NCBI GenBank assembly: GCA_964016885.1
Contig: OZ024740.1
Span: 387,810,001 to 387,874,000 of the forward strand
Length of the DNA: 64,000 nucleotides
DNA from: Eledone cirrhosa
Lineage: Eukaryota
Direction of reading: 5' to 3'
This document shows, in pieces, positions 24,001-39,000 of this stretch. The notes under the pieces were generated by a model. The model searched no databases and was not told the DNA's origin. It worked only from the letters and a program-made list of their open reading frames with translations. Made by a program: the position numbers and the translations under genes. The number at the start of each line of letters is the position of its first letter. Position 1 is the first letter of the stretch.

Positions 24001-27000
24001 TATATATCTCACTGTACATTAGCTAAGTGTTTAATGTCTTACTATATATATCTCACTGTCCATTACCTAAGTGTTTAAGGTCTTACTATATATATCTCAC
24101 TGTACATTACCTAAGTGTTTAAGGTCTACTATATATATCTCACTGTACATTACCTAAGTGTTTAAGGTCTTACTATATATATCTCACTGTACATTACCTA
24201 AGTGTTTAAGGTCTTACTATATATATCTCACTGTACATTGCCTAAGTGTTTAAGGTCTTACTATATATGTCTCACTGTACATTACCTAAGTGTTTCAGGT
24301 CTTACTATATATATATCTCACTGTACATTACCTAAGTGTTTAAGGTCTTACTATATATATCTCACTGTACATATCCTAAGTGTTTAAGGTCTACTATATA
24401 TATCTCACTGTACATTACCTAAGTGTTTAAGTTCTTACTATATATATCTCACTGTACATTACCTAAGTGTTTAAGGTCTTACTATATATATCTCACTGTA
24501 CATTACCTAAGTGTTTAAGGTCTTTCTACATTTATATCTCACTGTACATTACCTAAGTGTTTAAGGTCTTTCTACATATATATCTCACTGTACATTACCT
24601 AAGTGTTTAAGGTCTTTCTACATATATATCTCACTGTACATTACCTAAGTGTTTAAGGTCTTACTATATATATCTCACTGTACATTACCTAAGTGTTTAA
24701 GGTCTTACTATATATATCTCACTGTACATTACCTAAGTGTTTAAGGTCTTACTATATATATCTCACTGTACATTAGCTAAGTGTTTAATGTCTTACTATA
24801 TATATCTCACTGTTCATTACCTAAGTGTTTAAGGTCTTACTATATATATCTCACTGTACATTACCTAAGTGTTTAAGGTCTACTATATATATCTCACTGT
24901 ACATTACCTAAGTGTTTAAGGTCTTACTATATATATCTCACTGTACATTATCTAAGTGTTTAAGGTCTTACTATATATATCTCACTGTACATTGCCTAAG
25001 TGTTTAAGGTCTTACTATATATGTCTCACTGTACATTACCTAAGTGTTTCAGGTCTTACTATATATATATCTCACTGTACATTACCTAAGTGTTTAAGGT
25101 CTTACTGTATATATCTCACTGTACATTGCCTAAGTGTTTAAGGTCTACTATATATATCTCACTGTACATTACCTAAGTGTTTAAGTTCTTACTATATATA
25201 TCTCACTGTACATTAGCTAAGTGTTTAAGGTCTTACTATATATATCTCACTGTACATTACCTAAGTGTTTAAGGTCTTTCTACATATATATCTCACTGTA
25301 CATTACCTAAGTGTTTAAGGTCTTTCTACATATATATCTCACTGTACATTACCTAAGTGTTTAAGGTCTTTCTACATATATATCTCACTGTACATTACCT
25401 AAGTGTTTAAGGTCTTACTATATATATCTCACTGTACATTACCTAAGTGTTTAAGGTCTTTCTACATATATATCTCACTGTACATTACCTAAGTGTTTAA
25501 GGTCTTACTATATATATCTCACTGTACATTACCTAAGTGTTTCAGGTCTTACTATATATATCTCACTGTACATTACCTAAGTGTTTAAGGTGTTACTATA
25601 TATATCTCACTGTACATTACCTAGGTGTTTAAGGTCTTACTATATATATCTCACTGTACATTAGCTAAGTGTTTAATGTCTTACTATATATATCTCACTG
25701 TCCATTACCTAAGTGTTTAAGGTCTTACTATATATATCTCACTGTACATTACCTAAGTGTTTAAGGTCTACTATATATATCTCACTGTACATTACCTAAG
25801 TGTTTAAGGTCTTACTATATATATCTCACTGTACATTACCTAAGTGTTTAAGGTCTTACTATATATATCTCACTGTACATTGCCTAAGTGTTTAAGGTCT
25901 TACTATATATGTCTCACTGTACATTACCTAAGTGTTTCAGGTCTTACTATATATATATCTCACTGTACATTACCTAAGTGTTTAAGGTCTTACTATATAT
26001 ATCTCACTGTACATATCCTAAGTGTTTAAGGTCTACTATATATATCTCACTGTACATTACCTAAGTGTTTAAGTTCTTACTATATATATCTCACTGTACA
26101 TTACCTAAGTGTTTAAGGTCTTACTATATATATCTCACTGTACATTACCTAAGTGTTTAAGGTCTTTCTACATATATATCTCACTGTACATTACCTAAGT
26201 GTTTAAGGTCTTTCTACATATATATCTCACTGTACATTACCTAAGTGTTTAAGGTCTTTCTACATATATATCTCACTGTACATTACCTAAGTGTTTAAGG
26301 TCTTACTATATATATCTCACTGTACATTACCTAAGTGTTTAAGGTCTTACTATATATATCTCACTGTACATTACCTAAGTGTTTAAGGTCTTACTATATA
26401 TATCTCACTGTACATTAGCTAAGTGTTTAATGTCTTACTATATATATCTCACTGTTCATTACCTAAGTGTTTAAGGTCTTACTATATATATCTCACTGTA
26501 CATTACCTAAGTGTTTAAGGTCTACTATATATATCTCACTGTACATTACCTAAGTGTTTAAGGTCTTACTATATATATCTCACTGTACATTACCTAAGTG
26601 TTTAAGGTCTTACTATATATATCTCACTGTACATTGCCTAAGTGTTTAAGGTCTTACTATATATGTCTCACTGTACATTACCTAAGTGTTTCAGGTCTTA
26701 CTATATATATATCTCACTGTACATTACCTAAGTGTTTAAGGTCTTACTGTATATATCTCACTGTACATTGCCTAAGTGTTTAAGGTCTACTATATATATC
26801 TCACTGTACATTACCTAAGTGTTTAAGTTCTTACTATATATATCTCACTGTACATTACCTAAGTGTTTAAGGTCTTACTATATATATCTCACTGTACATT
26901 ACCTAAGTGTTTAAGGTCTTTCTACATATATATCTCACTGTACATTACCTAAGTGTTTAAGGTCTTTCTACATATATATCTCACTGTACATTACCTAAGT

Positions 27001-30000
27001 GTTTAAGGTCTTTCTACATATATATCTCACTGTACATTACCTAAGTGTTTAAGGTCTTACTATATATATCTCACTGTACATTACCTAAGTGTTTAAGGTC
27101 TTACTATATATATCTCACTGTACATTACCTAAGTGTTTAAGGTCTTACTATATATATCTCACTGTACATTACGTAAGTGTTTAAGGTCTTACTATATATA
27201 TCTCACTGTACATTACCTAAGTGTTTAAGGTCTTACTATATATATCTCACTGTACATTACCTAAGTGTTTAAGGTCTTACTATATATATCTCACTGTACA
27301 TTACCTAAGTGTTTAAGGTCTTACTATATATATCACTCTGTACATTACCTAAGTGTTTAAGGTCTTACTATATATATCTGACTGTACATTACTTAAGTGT
27401 TTAAGGTCTTACTATATATATCTCACTGTACATTACGTAAGTGTTTAAGGTCTTACTATATATATCTCACTGTACATTACCTAAGTGTTTAAGGTCTTAC
27501 TATATATATCTCACTGTACATTACCTAAGTGTTTAAGGTCTTACTATATATATCTCACTGTACATTACCTAAGTGTTTAAGGTCTTACTATATATATCTC
27601 ACTGTACATTACCTAAGTGTTTAAGGTCTACTATATATATCTCACTGTACATTACCTAAGTGTTTAAGGTCTACTATATATATCTCACTGTACATTACCT
27701 AAGTGTTTAAGGTCTTACTATATATATCTCACTGTACATTACCTAAGTGTTTAAGGTCTTACTATATATATCTCACTGTACATTACCTAAGTGTTTAAGG
27801 TCTTACTATATATATCTCACTGTACATTACCTAAGTGTTTAAGGTCTTTCTACATATATATCTCACTGTTCATTACCTAAGTGTTTAAGGTCTTACTATA
27901 TATATCTCACTGTTCATTACCTAAGTGTTTAAGGTATTACTATATATATCTCACTGTACATTACCTAAGTGTTTAAGGTCTTACTATATATATATCACTG
28001 TACATTACCTAAGTGTTTAAGGTCTTACTATATATATCTCACTGTACATTACCTAAGTGTTTAAGGTCTTACTATATATATCTCACTGTACATTACCTAA
28101 GTGTTTTAGGTCTTACTATATATATCTCACTGTACATTACCTAAGTGTTTAAGGTCTTACTATATATATCTCACTGTACATTACCTAAGTGTTTAAGGTC
28201 TTACTATATATATCTCACTGTACATTACCTAAGTGTTTAAGGTCTTACTATATATATCTCACTGTACATTACCTAAGTGTTTAAGGTCTTACTATATATA
28301 TCTCACTGTACATTACCTAAGTGTTTAGTGTCTTACTATGTATATATCTCACTGTACATTACCTAAGTGTTTAAGGTCTTACTATATATATCTCACTGTA
28401 CATTACCTAAGTGTTTAAGGTCTTACTATATATATCTCACTGTACATTACCTAAGTGTTTAAGGTCTTACTATATATATCTCACTGTACATTACCTAAGT
28501 GTCTAAGGTCTTACTGTATATATCTCACTGTACATTACATAAGTGTTTCAGGTCTTACTATATATATCTCAGTGTACATTACCTAAGTGTTTAAGGTCTT
28601 ACTATATATATCTCACTGTACATTACCTAAGTGTTTAAGGTCTTACTATATATATCTCACTGTACATTACCTAAGTGTTTAAGGTCTTACTATATATATC
28701 TCACTGTACATTACCTAAGTGTTTAAGGTCTTACTATATATATCACTCTGTACATTACCTAAGTGTTTAAGGTCTTACTATATATATCTGACTGTACATT
28801 ACCTAAGTGTTTAAGGTCTTACTATATATATCTCACACTGTACATTACCTAAGTGTTTAATGTCTTACTATATATATCTCACTGTACATTACCTAAGTGT
28901 TTAAGGTGTTACTATATATATCTCACTGTACATTACCTAAGTGTTTAAGGTCTTACTATATATATCTCACTGTACATTACCTAAGTGTTTAATGTCTAAC
29001 TATATATATCTCACTGTTCATTACCTAAGTGTTTAAGGTCTTACTATATATATCTCACTGTACATTACCTAAGTGTTTAAGGTCTTACTATATATATCTC
29101 ACTGTACATTACCTAAGTGTTTAATGACTTACTATATATATATCACTGTACATTACCTAAGTGTTTAAGGTCTCACTATATATATCTCACTGTACATTAC
29201 CTAAGTGTTTAAGGTCTTACTATATATATCTCACTGTACATTACCTAAGTGTTTAAGGTCTTTCTACATATATATCTCACTGTACATTACCTAAGTGTTT
29301 AAGGTCTTTCTACATATATATCTCACTGTACATTACCTAAGTGTTTAAGGTCTTTCTACATATATATCTCACTGTACATTACCTAACTGTTTAAGGTCTT
29401 TCTACATATATATCTCACTGTACATTACCTAAGTGTTTAAGGTCTTACTATATATATCTCACTGTACATTACCTAAGTGTTTAAGGTCTTACTATATATA
29501 TCTCACTGTACATTACCTAAGTGTTTAAGGTCTTACTATATATATCTCCCTGTACATTACCTAAGTGTTTAAGGTCTTACTATATATATCTCACTGTACA
29601 TTACCTAAGTGTTTAAGGTCTTACTATATATATCTCACTGTACATTACCTAAGTGTTTAATGTCTTATTATGTATATATCTCACTGTACATTACCTAAGT
29701 GTTTAAGGTCTTACTATATATATCTCACTGTACATTACCTAAGTGTTTAAGGTCTTACTATATATATCTCACTGTACATTACCAAAGTGTTTAAGGTCTT
29801 ACTATATATATCTCACTGTACATTACCTAAGTGTTTAAGGTCTTACTGTATATATCTCACTGTACATTACCTAAGTGTTTCAGGTCTTACTATATATATC
29901 TCAGTGTACATTACCTAAGTGTTTAAGGTCTTACTATATATATCTCACTGTACATTACCTAAGTGTTTAAGGTCTTACTATATATATCTCACTGTACATT

Positions 30001-33000
30001 ACCTAAGTGTTTAAGGTCTTACTATATATATCTCACTGTACATTACCTAAGTGTTTAAGGTCTTACTATATATATCACTCTGTACATTACCTAAGTGTTT
30101 AAGGTCTTACTATATATATCTGACTGTACATTACCTAAGTGTTTATGGTCTTACTATATATATCTCACACTGTACATTACCTAAGTGTTTAATGTCTTAC
30201 TATATATATCTCACTGTACATTACCTAAGTGTTTAAGGTGTTACTATATATATCTCACTGTACATTACCTAAGTGTTTAAGGTCTTACTATATATATCTC
30301 ACTGTACATTAGCTAAGTGTTTAATGTCTAACTATATATATCTCACTGTTCATTACCTAAGTGTTTAAGGTCTTACTATATATATCTCACTGTACATTAC
30401 CTAAGTGTTTAAGGTCTTACTATATATATCTCACTGTACATTACCTAAGTGTTTAATGACTTACTATATATATATCACTGTACATTACCTAAGTGTTTAA
30501 GGTCTTACTATATATATCTCACTGTACATTACCTAAGTGTTTAAGGTCTTACTATATATATCTCACTGTACATTACCTAAGTGTTTAAGGTCTTTCTACA
30601 TATATATCTCACTGTACATTACCTAAGTGTTTAAGGTCTTTCTACATATATATCTCACTGTACATTACCTAAGTGTTTAAGGTCTTTCTACATATATATC
30701 TCACTGTACATTACCTAAGTGTTTAAGGTCTTACTATATATATCTCACTGTACATTACCTAAGTGTTTAAGGTCTACTATATATATCTCACTGTACATTA
30801 CCTAAGTGTTTAAGGTCTTTCTACATATATATCTCACTGTACATTACCTAAGTGTTTAAGGTCTTACTATATATATCTCACTGTACATTACCTAAGTGTT
30901 TAAGGTCTTACTATATATATCTCACGGTACATTACCTAAGTGTTTAAGGTCTTACTATATATATCTCACTGTACATTACCTAAGTGTTTAAGGTCTTACT
31001 ATATATATCACTCTGTACATTACCTAAGTGTTTAAGGTCTTACTATATATATCTGACTGTACATTACCTAAGTGTTTAAGGTCTTACTATATATATCTCA
31101 CTGTACATTACCTAAGTGTTTAAGTTCTTACTATATATATCTCACTGTACATTACCTAAGTGTTTAAGGTCTTACTATATATATCTCACTGTACATTACC
31201 TAAGTGTTTAAGGTCTTTCTACATATATATCTCACTGTACATTACCTAAGTGTTTAAGGTCTTTCTACATATATATCTCACTGTACATTACCTAAGTGTT
31301 TAAGGTCTTTCTACATATATATCTCACTGTAGATTACCTAAGTGTTTAAGGTCTTACTATATATATCTCACTGTATATTACCTAAGTGTTTAAGGTCTTA
31401 CTATATATATCTCACTGTACATTACCTAAGTGTTTAAGGTCTTTCTACATATATATCTCACTGTACATTACCTAAGTGTTTAAGGTCTTACTATATATAT
31501 CTCACTGTACATTACCTAAGTGTTTAAGGTCTTACTATATATATCTCACTGTACATTACCTAAGTGTTTAAGGTCTTACTATATATATCTCACTGTACAT
31601 TACCTAAGTGTTTAAGGTCTTACTATATATATCACTCTGTACATTACCTAAGTGTTTAAGGTCTTACTATATATATCTGACTGTACATTACCTAAGTGTT
31701 TAAGGTCTTACTATATGTATCTCACTGTACATTACCTAAGTGTTTAAGGACTTACTATATATATATCACTCTGTACATTACCTAATTGTTTAAGGTCTTA
31801 CTATATATATCTCACTGTACATTACCTAAGTGTTTAAGGTCTTACTATATATATCTCACTGTACATTACCTAAGTGTTTAAGGTCTTACTATGTGTATCT
31901 CACTGTACATTACCTAAGTGTTTCAGGTCTTACTATATATATTTCACTGTACATTACATAAGTATTTAAGGTCTTACTATATATATCTCACTGTACATTA
32001 CCTAAGGGTTTAAGGTCTTACTATATATATCTCACTGTACATTACCTAAGTGTTTAAGGTCTTACTATATATATCTCACTGTACATTACCTAAGTGTTTA
32101 ATGTCATACTATATATATCTCACTGTACATTACCTAAGTGTTTCAGGTCTTACTATATATATTTCACTGTACATTACATAAGTGTTTAAGGGCTTACTAT
32201 ATATATCTCACTGTACATTACCTAAGTGTTTAAGGTCTACTATATATATCTTACTGTACATTACCTAAGTGTTTAAGGTCTTACTATATATATCTCACTG
32301 TATATTACCTAAGTGTTTAAGGTCTTACTATATATATCTCACTGTACATTACCTAAGTGTTTAAGGTCTTTCTACATATATATCTCACTGTACATTACCT
32401 AAGTGTTTAAGGTCTTACTATATATATCTCACTGTACATTACCTAAGTGTTTAAGGTCTTACTATATATATCTCACTGTACATTACCTAAGTGTTTAAGG
32501 TCTTACTATATATATCTCACTGTACATTACCTAAGTGTTTAAGGTCTTACTATATATATCTCACTGTACATTACCTAAGTGTTTAAGGTCTTACTATATA
32601 TATCTCACTGTACATTAGCTAAGTGTTTAATGTCTTACTATATATATCTCACTGTTCATTACCTAAGTGTTTAAGGTCTTACTATATATATCTCACTGTA
32701 CATTACCTAAGTGTTTAAGGTCTACTATATATATCTCACTGTACATTACCTAAGTGTTTAAGGTCTTACTATATATATCTCACTGTACATTACCTAAGTG
32801 TTTAAGGTCTTACTATATATATCTCACTGTACATTGCCTAAGTGTTTAAGGTCTTACTATATATGTCTCACTGTACATTACCTAAGTGTTTCAGGTCTTA
32901 CTATATATATATCTCACTGTACATTACCTAAGTGTTTAAGGTCTTACTGTATATATCTCACTGTACATTGCCTAAGTGTTTAAGGTCTACTATATATATC

Positions 33001-36000
33001 TCACTGTACATTACCTAAGTGTTTAAGTTCTTACTATATATATCTCACTGTACATTACCTAAGTGTTTAAGGTCTTACTATATATATCTCACTGTACATT
33101 ACCTAAGTGTTTAAGGTCTTTCTACATATATATCTCACTGTACATTACCTAAGTGTTTAAGGTCTTTCTACATATATATCTCACTGTACATTACCTAAGT
33201 GTTTAAGGTCTTTCTACATATATATCTCACTGTACATTACCTAAGTGTTTAAGGTCTTACTATATATATCTCACTGTACATTACCTAAGTGTTTAAGGTC
33301 TTACTATATATATCTCACTGTACATTACCTAAGTGTTTAAGGTCTTACTATATATATCTCACTGTACATTACCTAAGTGTTTAATGTCATACTATATATA
33401 TCTCACTGTACATTACCTAAGTGTTTCAGGTCTTACTATATATATTTCACTGTACATTACATAAGTGTTTAAGGTCTTACTATATATATCTCACTGTACA
33501 TTACCTAAGTGTTTAAGGTCTACTATATATATCTTACTGTACATTACCTAAGTGTTTAAGGTCTTACTATATATATCTCACTGTATATTACCTAAGTGTT
33601 TAAGGTCTTACTATATATATCTCACTGTACATTACCTAAGTGTTTAAGGTCTTTCTACATATATATCTCACTGTACATTACCTAAGTGTTTCAGGTCTTA
33701 CTATATATATCTCACTGTACATTACCTAAGTGTTTAAGGTCTTACTATATATATCTCACTGTACATTACCTAAGTGTTTAAGGTCTTACTATATATATCT
33801 CACTGTACATTACCTAAGTGTTTAAGGTCTTACTATATATATCTCACTGTACATTACCTAAGTGTTTAAGGTCTTACTATATATATCTCACTGTACATTA
33901 GCTAAGTGTTTAATGTCTTACTATATATATCTCACTGTTCATTACCTAAGTGTTTAAGGTCTTACTATATATATCTCACTGTACATTACCTAAGTGTTTA
34001 AGGTCTACTATATATATCTCACTGTACATTACCTAAGTGTTTAAGGTCTTACTATATATATCTCACTGTACATTACCTAAGTGTTTAAGGTCTTACTATA
34101 TATATCTCACTGTACATTGCCTAAGTGTTTAAGGTCTTACTATATATGTCTCACTGTACATTACCTAAGTGTTTCAGGTCTTACTATATATATATCTCAC
34201 TGTACATTACCTAAGTGTTTAAGGTCTTACTGTATATATCTCACTGTACATTGCCTAAGTGTTTAAGGTCTACTATATATATCTCACTGTACATTACCTA
34301 AGTGTTTAAGTTCTTACTATATATATCTCACTGTACATTACCTAAGTGTTTAAGGTCTTACTATATATATCTCACTGTACATTACCTAAGTGTTTAAGGT
34401 CTTTCTACATATATATCTCACTGTACATTACCTAAGTGTTTAAGGTCTTTCTACATATATATCTCACTGTACATTACCTAAGTGTTTAAGGTCTTTCTAC
34501 ATATATATCTCACTGTACATTACCTAAGTGTTTAAGGTCTTACTATATATATCTCACTGTACATTACCTAAGTGTTTAAGGTCTTACTATATATATCTCA
34601 CTGTACATTACCTAAGTGTTTAAGGTCTTACTATATATATCTCACTGTACATTACGTAAGTGTTTAAGGTCTTACTATATATATCTCACTGTACATTACC
34701 TAAGTGTTTAAGGTCTTACTATATATATCTCACTGTACATTACCTAAGTGTTTAAGGTCTTACTATATATATCACTCTGTACATTACCTAAGTGTTTAAG
34801 GTCTTACTATATATATCTGACTGTACATTACTTAAGTGTTTAAGGTCTTACTATATATATCTCACTGTACATTACGTAAGTGTTTAAGGTCTTACTATAT
34901 ATATCTCACTGTACATTACCTAAGTGTTTAAGGTCTTACTATATATATCTCACTGTACATTACCTAAGTGTTTAAGGTCTTACTATATATATCTCACTGT
35001 ACATTACCTAAGTGTTTAAGGTCTTACTATATATATCTCACTGTACATTACCTAAGTGTTTAAGGTCTACTATATATATCTCACTGTACATTACCTAAGT
35101 GTTTAAGGTCTACTATATATATCTCACTGTACATTACCTAAGTGTTTAAGGTCTTACTATATATATCTCACTGTACATTACCTAAGTGTTTAAGGTCTTA
35201 CTATATATATCTCACTGTACATTACCTAAGTGTTTAAGGTCTTACTATATATATCTCACTGTACATTACCTAAGTGTTTAAGGTCTTTCTACATATATAT
35301 CTCACTGTTCATTACCTAAGTGTTTAAGGTCTTACTATATATATCTCACTGTTCATTACCTAAGTGTTTAAGGTATTACTATATATATCTCACTGTACAT
35401 TACCTAAGTGTTTAAGGTCTTACTATATATATATCACTGTACATTACCTAAGTGTTTAAGGTCTTACTATATATATCTCACTGTACATTACCTAAGTGTT
35501 TTAGGTCTTACTATATATATCTCACTGTACATTACCTAAGTGTTTAAGGTCTTACTATATATATCTCACTGTACATTACCTAAGTGTTTAAGGTCTTACT
35601 ATATATATCTCACTGTACATTACCTAAGTGTTTAAGGTCTTACTATATATATCTCACTGTACATTACCTAAGTGTTTAAGGTCTTACTATATATATCTCA
35701 CTGTACATTACCTAAGTGTTTAGTGTCTTACTATGTATATATCTCACTGTACATTACCTAAGTGTTTAAGGTCTTACTATATATATCTCACTGTACATTA
35801 CCTAAGTGTTTAAGGTCTTACTATATATATCTCACTGTACATTACCTAAGTGTTTAAGGTCTTACTATATATATCTCACTGTACATTACCTAAGTGTTTA
35901 AGGTCTTACTGTATATATCTCACTGTACATTACCTAAGTGTTTCAGGTCTTACTATATATATCTCAGTGTACATTACCTAAGTGTTTAAGGTCTTACTAT

Positions 36001-39000
36001 ATATATCTCACTGTACATTACCTAAGTGTTTAAGGTCTTACTATATATATCTCACTGTACATTACCTAAGTGTTTAAGGTCTTACTATATATATCTCACT
36101 GTACATTACCTAAGTGTTTAAGGTCTTACTATATATATCACTCTGTACATTACCTAAGTGTTTAAGGTCTTACTATATATATCTGACTGTACATTACCTA
36201 AGTGTTTAAGGTCTTACTATATATATCTCACACTGTACATTACCTAAGTGTTTAATGTCTTACTATATATATCTCACTGTACATTACCTAAGTGTTTAAG
36301 GTGTTACTATATATATCTGACTGTACATTACCTAAGTGTTTAAGGTCTTACTATATATATCTCACTGTACATTACCTAAGTGTTTAATGTGTAACTATAT
36401 ATATCTCACTGTTCATTACCTAAGTGTTTAAGGTCTTACTATATATATCTCACTGTACATTACCTAAGTGTTTAAGGTCTTACTATATATATCTCACTGT
36501 ACATTACCTAAGTGTTTAATGACTTACTATATATATATCACTGTACATTACCTAAGTGTTTAAGGTCTCACTATATATATCTCACTGTACATTACCTAAG
36601 TGTTTAAGGTCTTACTATATATATCTCACTGTACATTACCTAAGTGTTTAAGGTCTTTCTACATATATATCTCACTGTACATTACCTAAGTGTTTAAGGT
36701 CTTTCTACATATATATCTCACTGTACATTACCTAAGTGTTTAAGGTCTTTCTACATATATATCTCACTGTACATTACCTAAGTGTTTAAGGTCTTTCTAC
36801 ATATATATCTCACTGTACATTACCTAAGTGTTTAAGGTCTTACTATATATATCTCACTGTACATTACCTAAGTGTTTAAGGTCTTACTATATATATCTCA
36901 CTGTACATTACCTAAGTGTTTAAGGTCTTACTATATATATCTCACTGTACATTACCTAAGTGTTTAAGGTCTTACTATATATATCTCACTGTACATTACC
37001 TAAGTGTTTAAGGTCTTACTATATATATCTCACTGTACATTACCTAAGTGTTTAATGTCTTATTATGTATATATCTCACTGTACATTACCTAAGTGTTTA
37101 AGGTCTTACTATATATATCTCACTGTACATTACCTAAGTGTTTAAGGTCTTACTATATATATCTCACTGTACATTACCAAAGTGTTTAAGGTCTTACTAT
37201 ATATATCTCACTGTACATTACCTAAGTGTTTAAGGTCTTACTGTATATATCTCACTGTACATTACCTAAGTGTTTCAGGTCTTACTATATATATCTCAGT
37301 GTACATTACCTAAGTGTTTAAGGTCTTACTATATATATCTCACTGTACATTACCTAAGTGTTTAAGGTCTTACTATATATATCTCACTGTACATTACCTA
37401 AGTGTTTAAGGTCTTACTATATATATCTCACTGTACATTACCTAAGTGTTTAAGGTCTTACTATATATATCACTCTGTACATTACCTAAGTGTTTAAGGT
37501 CTTACTATATATATCTGACTGTACATTACCTAAGTGTTTATGGTCTTACTATATATATCTCACACTGTACATTACCTAAGTGTTTAATGTCTTACTATAT
37601 ATATCTCACTGTACATTACCTAAGTGTTTAAGGTGTTACTATATATATCTCACTGTACATTACCTAAGTGTTTAAGGTCTTACTATATATATCTCACTGT
37701 ACATTAGCTAAGTGTTTAATGTCTAACTATATATATCTCACTGTTCATTACCTAAGTGTTTAAGGTCTTACTATATATATCTCACTGTACATTACCTAAG
37801 TGTTTAAGGTCTTACTATATATATCTCACTGTACATTACCTAAGTGTTTAATGACTTACTATATATATATCACTGTACATTACCTAAGTGTTTAAGGTCT
37901 TACTATATATATCTCACTGTACATTACCTAAGTGTTTAAGGTCTTACTATATATATCTCACTGTACATTACCTAAGTGTTTAAGGTCTTTCTACATATAT
38001 ATCTCACTGTACATTACCTAAGTGTTTAAGGTCTTTCTACATATATATCTCACTGTACATTACCTAAGTGTTTAAGGTCTTTCTACATATATATCTCACT
38101 GTACATTACCTAAGTGTTTAAGGTCTTACTATATATATCTCACTGTACATTACCTAAGTGTTTAAGGTCTACTATATATATCTCACTGTACATTACCTAA
38201 GTGTTTAAGGTCTTTCTACATATATATCTCACTGTACATTACCTAAGTGTTTAAGGTCTTACTATATATATCTCACTGTACATTACCTAAGTGTTTAAGG
38301 TCTTACTATATATATCTCACGGTACATTACCTAAGTGTTTAAGGTCTTACTATATATATCTCACTGTACATTACCTAAGTGTTTAAGGTCTTACTATATA
38401 TATCACTCTGTACATTACCTAAGTGTTTAAGGTCTTACTATATATATCTGACTGTACATTACCTAAGTGTTTAAGGTCTTACTATATATATCTCACTGTA
38501 CATTACCTAAGTGTTTAAGTTGTTACTATATATATCAGACTGTACATTACCTAAGTGTTTAAGGTCTTACTATATATATCTCACTGTACATTACCTAAGT
38601 GTTTAAGGTTTTTCTACATATATATCTCACTGTACATTACCTAAGTGTTTAAGGTCTTTCTACATATATATCTCACTGTACATTACCTAAGTGTTTAAGG
38701 TCTTTCTACATATATATCTCACTGTAGATTACCTAAGTGTTTAAGGTCTTACTATATATATCTCACTGTATATTACCTAAGTGTTTAAGGTCTTACTATA
38801 TATATCTCACTGTACATTACCTAAGTGTTTAAGGTCTTTCTACATATATATCTCACTGTACATTACCTAAGTGTTTAAGGTCTTACTATATATATCTCAC
38901 TGTACATTACCTAAGTGTTTAAGGTCTTACTATATATATCTCACTGTACATTACCTAAGTGTTTAAGGTCTTACTATATATATCTCACTGTACATTACCT